Positions 27,968 through 40,666 of a stretch of DNA of 64,000 nucleotides are shown piece by piece (the first letter of the stretch is position 1; each line of letters opens with the position of its first letter). The DNA comes from Phoronis australis (taxonomy: Eukaryota; Animalia; Phoronida), in assembly GCA_002633005.1 (NCBI GenBank), contig NMRA01000028.1:275989-339988 (forward strand), written 5' to 3'. Made by a program: the position numbers and the translations under genes. Below the pieces are notes generated by a model that worked only from the letters and a program-made list of their open reading frames with translations, did not search any database and was not told the DNA's origin.

Positions 27968-29110
27968 CTACCACGGGTACGATTTTAATTTGAAATATTT
28001 AGGCAAAATTGTGTTCCACTTTTTAACAACCTTGTGGAGCGTGTCGTTTTGGAAGTTGGAGAGTAAACAGGCTACAGCTTCCAAACATGGTAAGTGGTAT
28101 TTCACTTTGAAAAACCTAAACATTCGAATGTTACCAATGGCCCTGTCTACGTGAATTCTATGCTTGGCAACAATCTGTGTTTTAATGACGTCATTTTCTT
28201 CGACGCCAACTTTATCCTTTAGAAATGGTAGAATTTTCAAGGCAATTCCCAGTTCTTTTAAATCGTGTTAGATGTCAAAGCCTTTATCTGCATCGCCTCT
28301 ACATAATTCCTCAACTTCAACCTTGTTTCTAATCGTTTGCAGAAAACCAGACCTCTTGACAATTTGGTTGTCGGATATGCACCCTTCGTACAACTGAGAA
28401 ACAAACATAACACCTCCATTAGGGTCAACACCTACTCTAGAATGTTGTATGTGATCTATACCTACTGTAGCTTTCGTTATGCTTTTGCAAAAAACTGGGA
28501 ATCTATAATCGTAAATCGGCGGCATTTAGAATTATGTTATATGGATACTTTACCAAAAAATCCAAACTTACATTGTTTAAAACCACACTCCTGTGAGGCC
28601 ATATTTTCAGGCTTCCCAAAATATCATACAAATAGTTTATCCATGAAATCAAAATGTAAACCATAGAACTTTAAGACACACAGAAATCTTTCAGAAAGTT
28701 CAATGTGTGACAATCCCATTCTCAGTTTCATCAAAACCATTAAAATATCATCCTGAACAGGCACGTTTGTGAGGTGATGGCATTGTTGCACTAGCCAAAT
28801 AATTTTTCTCACTTGTTCAGGGAATTCAAAGGGTCCTTCCTCGAAGAGCTTTTCAATGTCAATAACTGTGGATTTTGCAAGGATACTTCCCCCAATAAAC
28901 GATCGATTTGCTATCTACATTTGGTATAGAAAATTGATTAGTGTTTGCATGAAATTAGCGTGAGAGTTGAATCCGGTAAAGTGATTAAATAGTTTAGGTT
29001 CTTTGCCGACAGTTGTACATTTACCTTTCAAATGTTTGACAGAAAATCTGCGAGTACATGGCAACACCACTGGCAGGAGGTCCTCGTATGTTTGCGCTTT
29101 TCTTGACAAG
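27968..29110 (-). mobile_element. Decayed ISL2EU/Harbinger-type (DDE_Tnp_4) transposase
   Basis: ILMVLMKLRMGL..ELSERF (HTH), PNGGVMFVSQLYEGCISD, ADKGFDI, AKHRIHVDRAIG; frameshifted. Confidence 0.85.
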
Positions 29111-29620
29111 AGACGACTGTTTCTCTGCTGTGAGACCCCTTCCCCTTCAGATGCTGAATCAGCTTCCCTGTCATTTTCTTGTCACGCTTGTTCAAGCTTA
29201 AAAGTTATCCTTTTAGTTTCTTTTTTGATGTTCTTCGTCGATTTCGTCGACTATGTTATTACAATTAACACGCGAGGGCACTGCTTTGCTTTTTAGTCTT
29301 CGTTTCTTCGCGTCCCGTTGAAATACGCCGGATTTATTCTCATTGTTATGATTCATAGTGAAATGAGGGGCTTATTGTCTATAGGTAGTCCGAAAATGAC
29401 AGATTTTCGCATTCACTGCATTACAGCAAAAATGCATTCGTTCTGGCTGTACACACACTTCCGATTTTGTTTCGACTCAACACTCAATTCACGTCGCATG
29501 ACATCGCACGCGCGCAATAGCGATTTGGACTTAAGACGCATAATGCTAACAAAAAAGTTCATTTTGACTTTCATTTTTCATCATGAACTCTACTACGATC
29601 TTCTCGCCTTTCATTTCAAC

Positions 29621-30732
29621 AAAAACAACTTAGCCAAGGTCCAGAATATTGGTCTGCGCTTAATCACAGGAGACCTGAAGACCAACGGCAGGCTTAAACT
29701 CACTGGAAGAAAGACGGGATGAGAAACTCCTGAGACAGGGCGAGAAGTTGAAGCGGCTACCATCACATCCACTGCACTCCAAACTCCAAGCCCCGACCAC
29801 AACTGACCGCATTAAGAGGCAGAGCCCAATCCAGAAAGACTAACCTATGCTATCCTCAATCAACCCACCACTAGAAATGCTCATTAAAAACTTTGAAGAA
29901 TGCTCGCTGGACGGTCCTCCTATCTTCCTCCCTGGGATTGGAGCAAAACAGACACAAGTGGAGGCAGTTCTGAAGGCCCTCACCCTAGAATTACTGGACA
30001 GAGACTACCCCACCACCACCTGGACCAAAGTCTATACAGATGGCTCTGCTGAGAATGCTATCAGAAATAGGGGAGGTAGTGTATTCATCATATACCCAGA
30101 AGGCAGCTCTCTACGCAAGTCCATTGCCACAGGCCTTCACTCCACCAACTACAGAGCTGAGACAAATGTTCTGTACCTCGCAGCCCACACACTCAACCAG
30201 CAAACAAGGCTCCCGGATCAGACAGTCTTCCTCACAGACTGCCGATATCTCCTGCAGAGCCTCCAGACGAGAGGAAGAGACCAGATCCTGCAATACGTCA
30301 AGCCGGAGATACACATTCTCAGCAGCAAAACCACTGTTGTGCTGCAATGGATTCCCTCCCACTGTGGCACCAGTGGCAACGAGGAAGCAGACAGACTCTC
30401 TGAGGCAGGAAGCAGACGGCGCACCCATCGTATGGAAAAGTGAAAACCATCCTACGAAGCCTCTTTAGAAATGCCGGAAGGGAACGCTTACGTCTGAGCT
30501 CCTCTCCCACATGCACCGCCTAAAAATTCTCTCACACAGACGAGTACCCGTGTGGCACTGTCCCCTAGACACCTGAGCATTTACGGCAGAGCTGCCCTAC
30601 CTTCGACACCCTTAGGTGCCAGACATGGCCCAGTCCGGTTGAACTCAAAATAAAACTGTGGAGCCCGACAGCGTCATTATGGCGAACCGCAGGCTTTGCC
30701 CGGAAGGCCGGACTGACCGTCTAAGAAGAAGA
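29621..30732 (+). mobile_element. 5'-truncated non-LTR retrotransposon with RNase H (I/Ingi/RTEX-like), (AAG)n tail, 8-bp TSD
   Basis: ORF 29847-30443 has YTDGS, TNYRAE, FLTDC, LQWIPSHCG..GNEEADRL; tail AAGAAGAAGA; ATTTCAAC at 29613-29620 and 30733-30740. Confidence 0.85.
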
Positions 30733-30849
30733 ATTTCAACTGTAGAATTTATCCATAAAGCTGGATATTATTTTGAGTTCCTCAGACAACACCGCCTTAT
30801 TTCTAACGTATAATCGAAGTACCTCGTTGAAATTAAAGATAATTGTAGT

Positions 30850-31450
30850 AAACAGGGCAATTGTTATGTTAGATTTTGTTGAAAATCATTCGTTAATCGT
30901 GCAGGATGCTGTTCGGTGGTTTCATTGGAACAATTCCCAAGCTACTCTTCACCCGTTTGTGGCATATTATAAGACTGAAGCGCTCAAGGGTTTAAATGCA
31001 TGTATCATTTCCGTGAGTATAAAGCATGATACTGAATCTGTGCATGCATTTATCGCCACTTTGATACCATATGTGAACAACACGCTGCCTGTGAAAAATG
31101 TTGTACTTTAATGATGGAGCAGCCAACCAAAAACAACTGATTTATTAACTTGTGTCATCGCAAGGATGATTTTGGGCGTGGCGCTTAGTGGCATTTCTTC
31201 GAAACTTCCCATGGAAAAAGCCTTTGTGATGGAATAGAACCAAGGAGTTTACTATACAACTTACTACACTCCTTAATAGGAGGTACCGTTAAACGTCTCG
31301 TTGTTAGAACAAGCTTCCACGCTTTAACAACTAATCACGTTCTCAATCCAATGCAGAGGTATCAGTGGTCATCTTTACACATTCCTGGTGTTAAATTTAT
31401 TTATGTTTCAGTGGATGACATTTTTAATCTGTTGCAGGCACTAGATCACT
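30850..31450 (+). mobile_element. Decayed Sola2-like transposase
   Basis: DFVENHS..VQD...FHWNNSQATLHPFVAY, KHD, DGAANQ, WHFFETSHGKSLCDG, GGTVKR motifs across frameshifts. Confidence 0.75.
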
Positions 31451-33545
31451 CCATTGTTTTATTCCACTGTCTAAGAATGAATTTATGATGAAACAAGTGT
31501 CAGTGGATGGTCATTTCACACTTATTGATAAAGAACCTGCAGGTGAGATAGATCACGAGACACTTAGGCCTGGCAAGTATATTGCCTGCATTTATGACAC
31601 GGAATGCCGGTTTGAGTGCATAAAGGACCGAAGCGTTCTGAACAACACAACGGCATGTTAGCCAATTACGTGACATAATAAACCAATGGGCTACTGGCAT
31701 GGCCAGTTTCATAGAGAAATCGACGCTGGGTTCCATTGCGTGTGTCATATCTGCGCCTGTAGTTCAAGAACACATTGTACGCTGTTACAGACAGTTGCAG
31801 CAAGACACTGGTCTGATCGATTTGAGTCTTCAATCTTCAATTTTCTTTAAATGAAAGTATACCTTCAGTAGTTAAAAACTGTGTATGTATAAGTAAAGTT
31901 TGTAGCAGCTTCAATGACACGAATTTCATAATTACCATGAATATTATGAACTTTAAGCCACAACCAGCTTTTGTTAACATTGTGTCATTTTTATGTCATA
32001 TCTAGAACTGTACTTATAGAAACTGTCTACGTCAGAACAAAGTTTGAAATAACATGTCAGACATTTTCTTTTTGAATAAATCCAATAACATGAGTCTGAA
32101 AGTCTTTAAAACTATCAATGTAATGATCTTTAAGTCATTGCAGATGAGAAAAATTTATCAAAACCCTCCATTTAACAAAAAGTCGTTTAACTATGAAGAT
32201 GTTTTAAAAACAACATGATTTATTTGTAACCTGATCATGTTGTTTTTAATACACGTTACATATGAGAAGGAATTCAACTGCTTCAACTGCAGACACTCTT
32301 TTTTGCGTGCCAAAATGGCTGAAAACGAGTTACATAACCCCAGAATCAGTTGTTTATTACTTTTTAAAGTTAATAGTCAAAGGACTATACTCGTTTTAAC
32401 GTGCCTTAATTGCTTTTATTTAATATTTGCTGGGTGAATTCTGATGAAAAGCTCTGACAGTTTGATATCTTGTTAATCCATACAGGCATTTTCAGAGCAA
32501 TACAATGCTCAATTTTGAAGTTAGAAGACTCCCAAAATCTGAAAAAAATCACAGTTTCAACTTGCGAGGGCAAAAATGGGCGTGCACCCAATATTTTAAA
32601 GGGGCATATTTCGGAGACCCTTTTATGCTGGTAAATGAAATTTTGCAGGTAATCATTGTGTATCCTGATAAAATAAATTTTCATCCAGTGAGATGGTGAC
32701 CCGACACCATAAGGTAACATTCTGCAACAGAAATAAGGAAAGTTTCTGCAACAGAAATAAGGCAACATGTTCTGCATGGGGCAAAGACCACAGTTTTAGT
32801 GGCTGATTGTGACGTTATCACTGGTTTGGGTCAAGAAAGCCCTTGTTTGCACCCTATCTCAAGGCACCTGAAAAAGCACAACTGACAGAAAGTACATGAA
32901 AAAAATTCAACAAAGCCATGTGTTTTGGCTTGCTACGTCCATCTGAAAATTGAGATGCCAAGAAATGACCCAAAATTGAGATTTTTGGCCTTTTTGTACC
33001 TAAAATCACCAATTCACAAGTGCTCTGGGGGAACGTATGAGACAAGAATGCGAATACTCTTGCACTCTAGATTCCAGAAATTTAGGTTATAATGTGTCAT
33101 TCCTTACCAGATTTTTGAAGATTTCCACTTTTCTGGAGGTACCTGGATTCCAGGCAGTGATCAAAGTAAACAAAATCAACGGAAACCCGATCCACTGGCT
33201 TAAAAGCCCAAACAAGGGCAGTGCATAAAAGCGTGTGCAAGTGGTGGCGATGTGATCGGTATACTTCCAACCAAGGCATGCACATTGATACCAACACACG
33301 GAATTCCGTGGGTCGTTCTTCACGTTTCCACAGGGCCACTTTTCAATATAGCCTATGGGTGGCGCTGTGTCAGAGGGTAGAGCAGCGTACACACACAGTG
33401 ACGTCATTATGCGGGTCAATAAGGAATCTGCCATGTTGTGAGGTGAAAACAACGTGTCATTAATACCACACATTTACTTAAATATAGATTATTACATGGC
33501 GAAGTCGCTATCCCCGTTATCTAGAGCCCGAGTTCGATGACGTCA

Positions 33546-33605
33546 GCCGCTGAGTGGTCTAGTGGTAAAGTCGGGGACTCGAAACTATGAGGCCTCGGTT
33601 TCCCG
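33546..33605 (+). mobile_element. tRNA-derived SINE head remnant
   Basis: A-box-like GTGGTCTAGTGGTAAA and a decayed B-box; no complete cloverleaf. Confidence 0.4.
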
Positions 33606-34025
33606 TCAAAATGTTATCTCACTAGTGAGATAACTTTATGGGTTATTACACGGTTGTATCTGCCATTCGAGGCTAAAATTGTGGTATAAGTACAATTATC
33701 AAACAGAATCGTGATTGGTTAACAGCATGTTCAATAATTACTTTTTATTGATCTTATATGGTCTCACTCAACAAGACTGAGGTGTATATACAACGCATGG
33801 TCGCTTAAACTATGGTGGCAGAACCTCAAAAACCTAGTGGCAGCACCAAAACTCCAAGGCCGAACCAAAAAACCCATGACTCAATGGCAGGACCAATTAA
33901 AAAACTCAACTCTTTGGCTTCAGCCCCGGATTTCGCCCGGTCTATTTGGTAGGGTGCTGACACTAAAGGGCGAGTACCCACGTTGCTCGACCTGTTGTTA
34001 GAAACGTTCGATACCTCTGTTGTAG

Positions 34026-34300
34026 CTACTGCTGGAGCAGGAGGGTCACCAGAGCTTCTACAATAGTTTTCCTCAACAAGTGTCTAACTCTCCTGTAGGT
34101 TTGACCATTTGGGCGTTGGATTTCATACTCCTTGCTCCAAACTTGCTCCCCAGTTGTCTGTTTACGGTTACAAATGGCCAGTGTTTCTTTCCTCTTTGAC
34201 AGGTTGCATGCCAAGTCGAAGCATTTGGAGATCCCTGTAGGTAGCCATTTTTGATTTCCTGTCAGGCATAACTTGCCGCTCATCTGGTTGCTGCTTCGGT
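34026..34300 (-). mobile_element. Gypsy integrase C-terminal fragment
   Basis: YEIQRPNGQTYRRVRHLLRKT resembles the SY.V...G..YRRNR.HL end of Gypsy pol. Confidence 0.55.
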
Positions 34301-35877
34301 GAGCGTAGGATATTCGCTGTCGTAGGTGTTACATACTATCATTGTGCTTATTAGCTGTACAGTGCCTATTATTATTTATAGATGTCGCTTTAGTATGTGT
34401 GAGACTTGACCTACATCAGAGACCGTAGAGAGGGAGACGTTTCACCTAGCGAAATCCTATTGGACGGCCACTGGCGGCCATTGTTGTTCCATGGACCGTA
34501 GAGACGTCTAGCGGGTGTGTGTGGGAAAAAAGGAATATGGCTGATACTCGTGGTCAGCGGTCGCAGAGACAAGATATTTTATCTGATCATGTAGTTCATA
34601 TAGATTTCCCATAGTTAATACCTCTGAGGGTAGTGCTGTGTCAAGTAACTACAAAACAAGATATGCCGGCTGCAGTCCCTAAAAAGAGGATCAGAGGAGC
34701 TTTTTGCGCTGCAGAAAAACCGGGACTTGCACTCCCACTACTGATAAAGACAGGTGAGATATACGAGTGATACAAAGAATTCTTTTTGTGAAAANCCATT
34801 ACAGTGCTCGTGTTTTTTGTTTTCAATATTTTAAACAAAGACACTTCACTGACAATTTTGAATTTGGCAAACTAAGATCGGCCATAGTGAATGCCTTGCG
34901 TACTTCGTTGGCCCACACACACTCGCTAGGTGTCGCCACGGTCCATGACAATAATGGCGGCGGCCTTGGTGAATAGTCTTGTTAGCGTCTTTGCCTACAT
35001 GAAGGAAATGCACGTTTTCGCATCGTCTTGGTTTACGCAAATTATCCGTTAGTACATATCAGAATTTTGGTGATGAGATGTCGGATTTCAAGATCTCTAA
35101 TCTCCAGTTTCCGGGAAGGCGAGAGAACTTTCACCGAACGTTTGGAATCGTGCAGGGGACACACTACAGTTCAGGCTTTTGGCTGCTCAGTGACGCACAC
35201 CGAAGTAGAGATGATTCCCTTCATCACGTGCTGATCAAGAGTCTGAACTAAATAAAGGGTTTCGTAGCATTCCCAACTGACAAGCGCTACCCATGATAAC
35301 TGAAACTTGATTACGCTACAAATTTTTAATCGGTTAATTCACATCGGAAAAAAATCTGGCACACAAAAATATTCGGCAAAAACACCAAATTTGACAGTTT
35401 TCTCCCCAAACTTTCCCTACCTGCAAGTGCTAGAAAAAATCTGACTACAGATTCAGAATGCTCGTACTCTCTACATTCTAGAAATGTGGTCATAGTTTGC
35501 CCCTTACCAGCTACTTTTTTGGCAATTTTTATCCGTGTTTGACAGCCACCTTAAATCGCATCCGATTTCTCGGACAGCAGGCGACAGGGGTTGAAAGCAA
35601 ATGACAGCCATCATTTTGCATCAAAAGTAGGTCACGGTTAAAAAACTTTTCTCGTTCAGAAGCACAAGCAAATCAATTTCCTTAAAATTATTTTCAATGC
35701 ATTCCACAAAACAGCCGCTAAATCTGGCGCACGACCTTTACATAAATTCTAGGAATGCCCCGTTGCCTCAGCCTAACTGTTCAGTGCTACCTGCATGGTG
35801 GCGAACGGTATCACCGCCAGAACGCCGTTCCGCCTCATGTATAATAAAATGTTTCATTTTTCCTTGAAACCAGGCGT

Positions 35878-35981
35878 GCGTTCAGTAACGCTAGGACCTA
35901 CGTTAGGACATAGCTAAAATATAGTCAAAGTCACGTGTTCTCCTTTGAAATACACGGCAAGGTCCTAACGTTACTGAACGG
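35878..35981. mobile_element. Small palindromic MITE; partial copies at ~9815-9905 and ~12770-12861
   Basis: TIR CGTTCAGTAACGCTAGGACCT / AGGTCCTAACGTTACTGAACG; the other copies share the AATCACGTG core and CC.AGCGTTA.TGAAC end. Confidence 0.65.
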
Positions 35982-36277
35982 GAGGGTGAAAAGGGTTTTT
36001 TCTTCAAAATCATTTTTTCAGCTAAAAACTAGGTGCAGAAATCCTATGAAAATACATGTGTGATTATAAAAATCTAAAAACATCATGTGTGACACACGAC
36101 AGTAGGGGCGGCGGGGGGTTATACTAACGACCTCTGAATCAACGACACCGCTTAGCCTGGAGTTACCCGACGGCGACTTCCTGCCATACGGTAGAATTAA
36201 ATGAAATTGAGGCAGATGACTTTGTAAGTTAAATGATGTACGTTAAAAAGTATTTGGTTACTTGTCACATTGACTTT

Positions 36278-36400
36278 TAGCTCTATTAGTAAAGCGTCAG
36301 ACTGCTACCAATAAGGTCGTAGGTTCACTTGAAATCCTGACCCTGGGGCTGATCTCAATACATAATATTGTCACTTTAAACGCCTTGTGAAGGATGCTTC
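36278..36400 (+). mobile_element. tRNA-derived SINE remnant
   Basis: TAGCTCTATTAGTAAAGCG (A-box-like) followed by GGTCGTAGGTTCA (B-box-like). Confidence 0.4.
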
Positions 36401-36620
36401 TATTTAACAAAACTAAGCTGTTGTAAAATTGTCAAACTGCACATCTACAAAATAAGTCATTAGAGAGATATTTGCGACGATGGATAGAGTTCGTGGATGA
36501 TGAATTTTTTGTTTATGTTTGATCTACCTGTGTTACTGTTATCATTCTTAGTATTATTATTATGTTGCTGTTATTAATATTTGTTTCTTTAATTACATTA
36601 AGTAAAACGCCCGCACACCA

Positions 36621-36622
36621 TG

Positions 36623-36668
<46 letters not shown>

Positions 36669-36707
36669 TTAAAACCATGTATATATATATATATAAATAT
36701 ATATGTN

Positions 36708-36740
<33 letters not shown>
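36621..36740. repeat. (TA)n/(TG)n microsatellite, duplicated around an N
   Basis: ACCATGTATAT...(TG)n GCTTTAAA seen twice, with a single n in the second copy. Confidence 0.9.
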
Positions 36741-36741
<1 letters not shown>

Positions 36742-37599
36742 TTAAACAGAATCTTCATAAAAAGCCATGCCTAAACAAATGAACCAAAAATGTAAGACTA
36801 TTGCCGTGGGGAAGGCGTGGCGACCTGAGAGCGACTGTATTTGACAAAGTCGAATTAGTTGTGCCCCCATTATTCCTATATTCTTTCAAAGACGATCCAA
36901 CAATGGAACACTTACTGAAGAAAATCTCGCGAGTCTTTCTGTGAACGAGGGATAAGCCTCCGTGCGTGGGTTTGCACGAGTCTCGCCGGTGTCCGGTATT
37001 ATTTGATGTGTTTCTCGAGTTGGGTGGTATACGATGAAACAGATGAAGCTGTTAAAAACCAGTTTCCCATAACCACCGAGCAAACACAACAGTCGCACTA
37101 ATACTAATTTTTTCACTCTCTACTACGGTGTATGCTTCTAAACACGTTGCAAAGGTCGTTTTTAAGCCCATGCACACACCCAGCCTAAAATATAGGGGGC
37201 TCGAATTTTTCGGTGTGCGGACCTTTTACTGAAAAAATCAACGAGGTCTAAAAATAACGTGGCCACTAGGTTCAGGCCTACGCCGAATTCCTGTGGGCTT
37301 TGTGGACTTTTGTTTCGCCATGAGGTGGACCTTTTTGCCCAATTCGCCAAATTGGGGGCTCGTTCGAGCCCAGACCTCACCCCCCCCCCAACCCTACCCC
37401 CACCCTCCGTCCGTCAAGAAAAAAATCTCCGTGTTGTAAAATTTCATTCTTAGGGATACCAAACTCCGCCTCAACAAGTACTGTCTACTTGAAGTGAGAA
37501 GTAGAAAGTTTCCTAATCCACGAAAGTTTACAAGCTATATTAAAATGTTTCTAAAGATTATTAACAGATAAAGTGTCTATATCGGCCGGGCAGAAGTTA

Positions 37600-39672
37600 A
37601 ATTGGACAATCGTCGATAAAGTAGACAATCGTAATCATAGAGGGATTCAAACTGGACATACAGAGCCAGAAAGGGTCTGAGAGTGGACAGACAGCCATAG
37701 AGGGTCTTCAAGTAGATAGACAGAGAGGGCCACAAAGTGGTCAGTCATGGACCGAGACTAGAGGGGCTCAAAGTGGACAATCATGGTCAGAGATTGCCTC
37801 AAAGTGGGCAATCGTGGCCACAGAGGGCTCCAAAGTTTTTTTTATTAATGTTTATTACGAAATCTTCAGAATACAATGAATGTACATAACCCAGGAAGTG
37901 TCAAGAGCATTATATCTGGGTTAAAAAACACAAAGAAATCTATATACAATTATTATTCACAAATATATACATTCAAAAAACTGATGTTAAGATCACAATG
38001 ACATATGATTACGAATGTAAGTAAATCATTTTCATGTATATGTTTACAATTCTATGCACTCATACAGAGATCTAATATTGTAAAGAAATTTTGATACTAT
38101 TTCAAATAAAACCTTATTTTTATTTGGTTTGAGTTCTTGACATCCATATAGAAAAAATAACTTTGTTGTACAATTGCGGAATTTCAGAATATTTTTGTAA
38201 ATATTGGGGTGTTATTCGAGTGTCTGGAAAAGCTGTGGCCTTTGCTCGTGGCATACCTCACAAGCAAAGAAAACATGGGCATTTGTCTGGGTGTCTCCAC
38301 AGGAACACAGAGGCGAAATATTATTAAAATTATGTCTAAATTTCTCGTTGTTTAGGAATAGACCGTATTTTGATCTGCATAGAATTATTTCATGGTTGCG
38401 AGGAAGTTGGAATGATGTCAATGGGACTGGCAAGTCTTAAGTTGTGGTATGCATTTTAAAGTTATTTTTGAGAGTGACGATTGAAGTTCTTTCTTTTATT
38501 TTGGATGGTAAGGAATTCCAGTTGTCAATACAAGTTAATATTCTACATCTTCTGGAGGCTTAAATGAGAGAAGATGGAATAGTGTATATATTACTTTGCC
38601 ACAGTCCTGGTCTCGTGTTAGGTCTTTTGTAGGAGTCAAAGGGGATTTTGTTTGAATAATTGTTTGTGTTGGTTAAGACTTTAAATGTATACATGGACAT
38701 GTGGAGTTTACGACGGGTTGCTAGTTTGCTCCAGTTGAGACCATTTAGAACCTTGTTTGTGTTGGACCCTTTGTATGCTCCTGTTATGCCTAAAGCTGCT
38801 TGGTATTGTAGTCTTTCTAATTGAAGAAGTATGCCAGTGTTTGCCGATTGATAGATTATGTCACAGTAATCTAGATGTGGAAGTACAAAAGACTTGAACA
38901 GAGTTTCAAGATGCATGGAGTTGAGATAACGCGAGACAATTCTAATTGGATTGATTAATTTTTGTACTTTGAACGAGTTTGCGACAGTGAGGAGTAAATG
39001 TAAGCTTCAGGTCTAGAAGCAAGCCAAAGTGTTTGTGTGTGAACTTATTGGCAACAACTTCCCCATTGAGTGATAATTCCAGCATTGGATTTGTTTGGAA
39101 ATGAGTATTATTAGACTTAGAAAACATAAGATCAACACTTTTTCAGGTTTGAATTTCATCTTCCATTTGTAAGACCAGTCATTGAGTTTGTTTAGGTGAG
39201 TTTGCAATTGTAAGGAGTCATGGGGATGCTCTCTTGAGAATGGGTAGAAAATTGCAGTGTCATCAGCACACAATAAGAACGTTTTAGAGTTTATTGTGAT
39301 TGGTGATTGGAAGATCATTGATGTACAGTAAAAAGAGTAAGGACCCCAAAGTCATGACAATCTTGACCAGTGAGGGTCTCAAAATGAGCAATCGTGGCCG
39401 GTGGGGGCCTCAAAGTGGAAAATCGTGACCAGTACCCTCAACGTGGACAATCATGGCTACAGAGGGCCCCAAAGTCATGAAATCTTGACTAGTGAGGGCC
39501 TCAAAGTGAACAATCGTGGCCAGTGGGGGCCCCAAGTGGACAATCATTGGTCAGTGAGGGAATCAAAGTGAACAACCATCAGTCATGATAGCCAGTGGGG
39601 GCCTTAAAGTGGACAATCGTGATCAGTCTTGCCTAAAAGTGGACCTCAAAGTGAACAATTGTGGCCACAGAG
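37600..39672 (+). repeat. ~31-bp minisatellite (AAAGTGGACAATCGTGGCCACAGAGGGCCTC-like), split by a LINE
   Basis: Units at 37600-37835 and 39345-39672. Confidence 0.8.
37836..39345 (-). mobile_element. 5'-truncated CR1/L2-group LINE ORF2 with poly(A) tail
   Basis: LGSLLFLLYINDL, LLCADDT (YADD), W...WKMKF, HKHFGL, LFKSFVLPHLDYCDIIY, C-terminal CSCG..HVFFAC; T-run at 37836-37843 is the poly(A) tail. Confidence 0.85.
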
Positions 39673-40345
39673 GTTATACTTCATCTTCGTCCATTACAAG
39701 CAATGCAAAAGTGGTGGAGGCAAAGGCGGGCACTGAGAGTTTCAACACTGCAGTTGGTTTTCCCTTATGGATGAAGTGGAGCCGAAGTGCACAACGGAAA
39801 ACTGATAGATCTAAGTATATTTGTACTTTTCCTATTATGATAAAAGGACCACTCTGTAGGTGATGTGAGAATCATTTGACTATCTGAGTACGTATGTACT
39901 CCAAAATAACGGTATTCTGATTAAATTTTATTGTATAATTTATAATTTTGGCAAATTATTTTAATAACTACACGCACTAAAATGTGTCTATGGACGCTAA
40001 GTTACACTGAAATAATATACGTAGGCCAACCAAGCGCATACAAAGGATGTAAAATGCTTAACTTAGCACAGTTTGCCCGTATTTTATTACCCTCAGTCTT
40101 GGGCAGTGATCGGTATTTGCCATCATTCATTACTATGCAGGTAAATGTTTGAATAATGTGAATAATGTCAACATCGCTCCGACCAGCTAGGCCTACTTCA
40201 CCATCGGTGTATAAGTTGTGCGACGATACACTACACTAAATCCTGATTTTGAACTGAGGACTGGAGATTTGAAGGCTTGGTCACTGGCGCTAACCAATAT
40301 TACTTCGACCACCGAGGACGGCACTCTCTATCTAATGCGCTCGTC

Positions 40346-40378
40346 ACCTGCTAGATGGCGATAACACGATCACGTGAC
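40346..40378 (+). promoter_or_regulatory. Putative FAM43 upstream elements: CTCF/YY1-like CTGCTAGATGGCG and E-box TCACGTGA
   Basis: Motif matches about 300 bp upstream of the FAM43-like ATG. Confidence 0.3.
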
Positions 40379-40666
40379 ATGAAAGTAAAACGGGAGCTGT
40401 TCATAAAGGTAATCGGCTTGAATGTGAGTTCAATGATCTTTGGAAATTCGATCGCTCACAATAACTGTATCAATACGAGCAGTGTCGGCTGGTGAAATGT
40501 TGATCTAGGCATCAAGTGTGTTAGCTCAATTGTAACTAACTTGGACGGTGCTACCTCAGGTAGGATTCTAAAGCAATATTTGTGGGGCCAGGTGGACAAT
40601 CGTGAGCGGACTCTTGCCACTTAATACTTCCTACCTCTTGGTCGGGGGAAGTAGCCTGTTCTGAAG

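Noticed and set aside
33546-33620. Functional tRNA gene
   Set aside because: No complete cloverleaf or T-arm; better explained as a SINE head.
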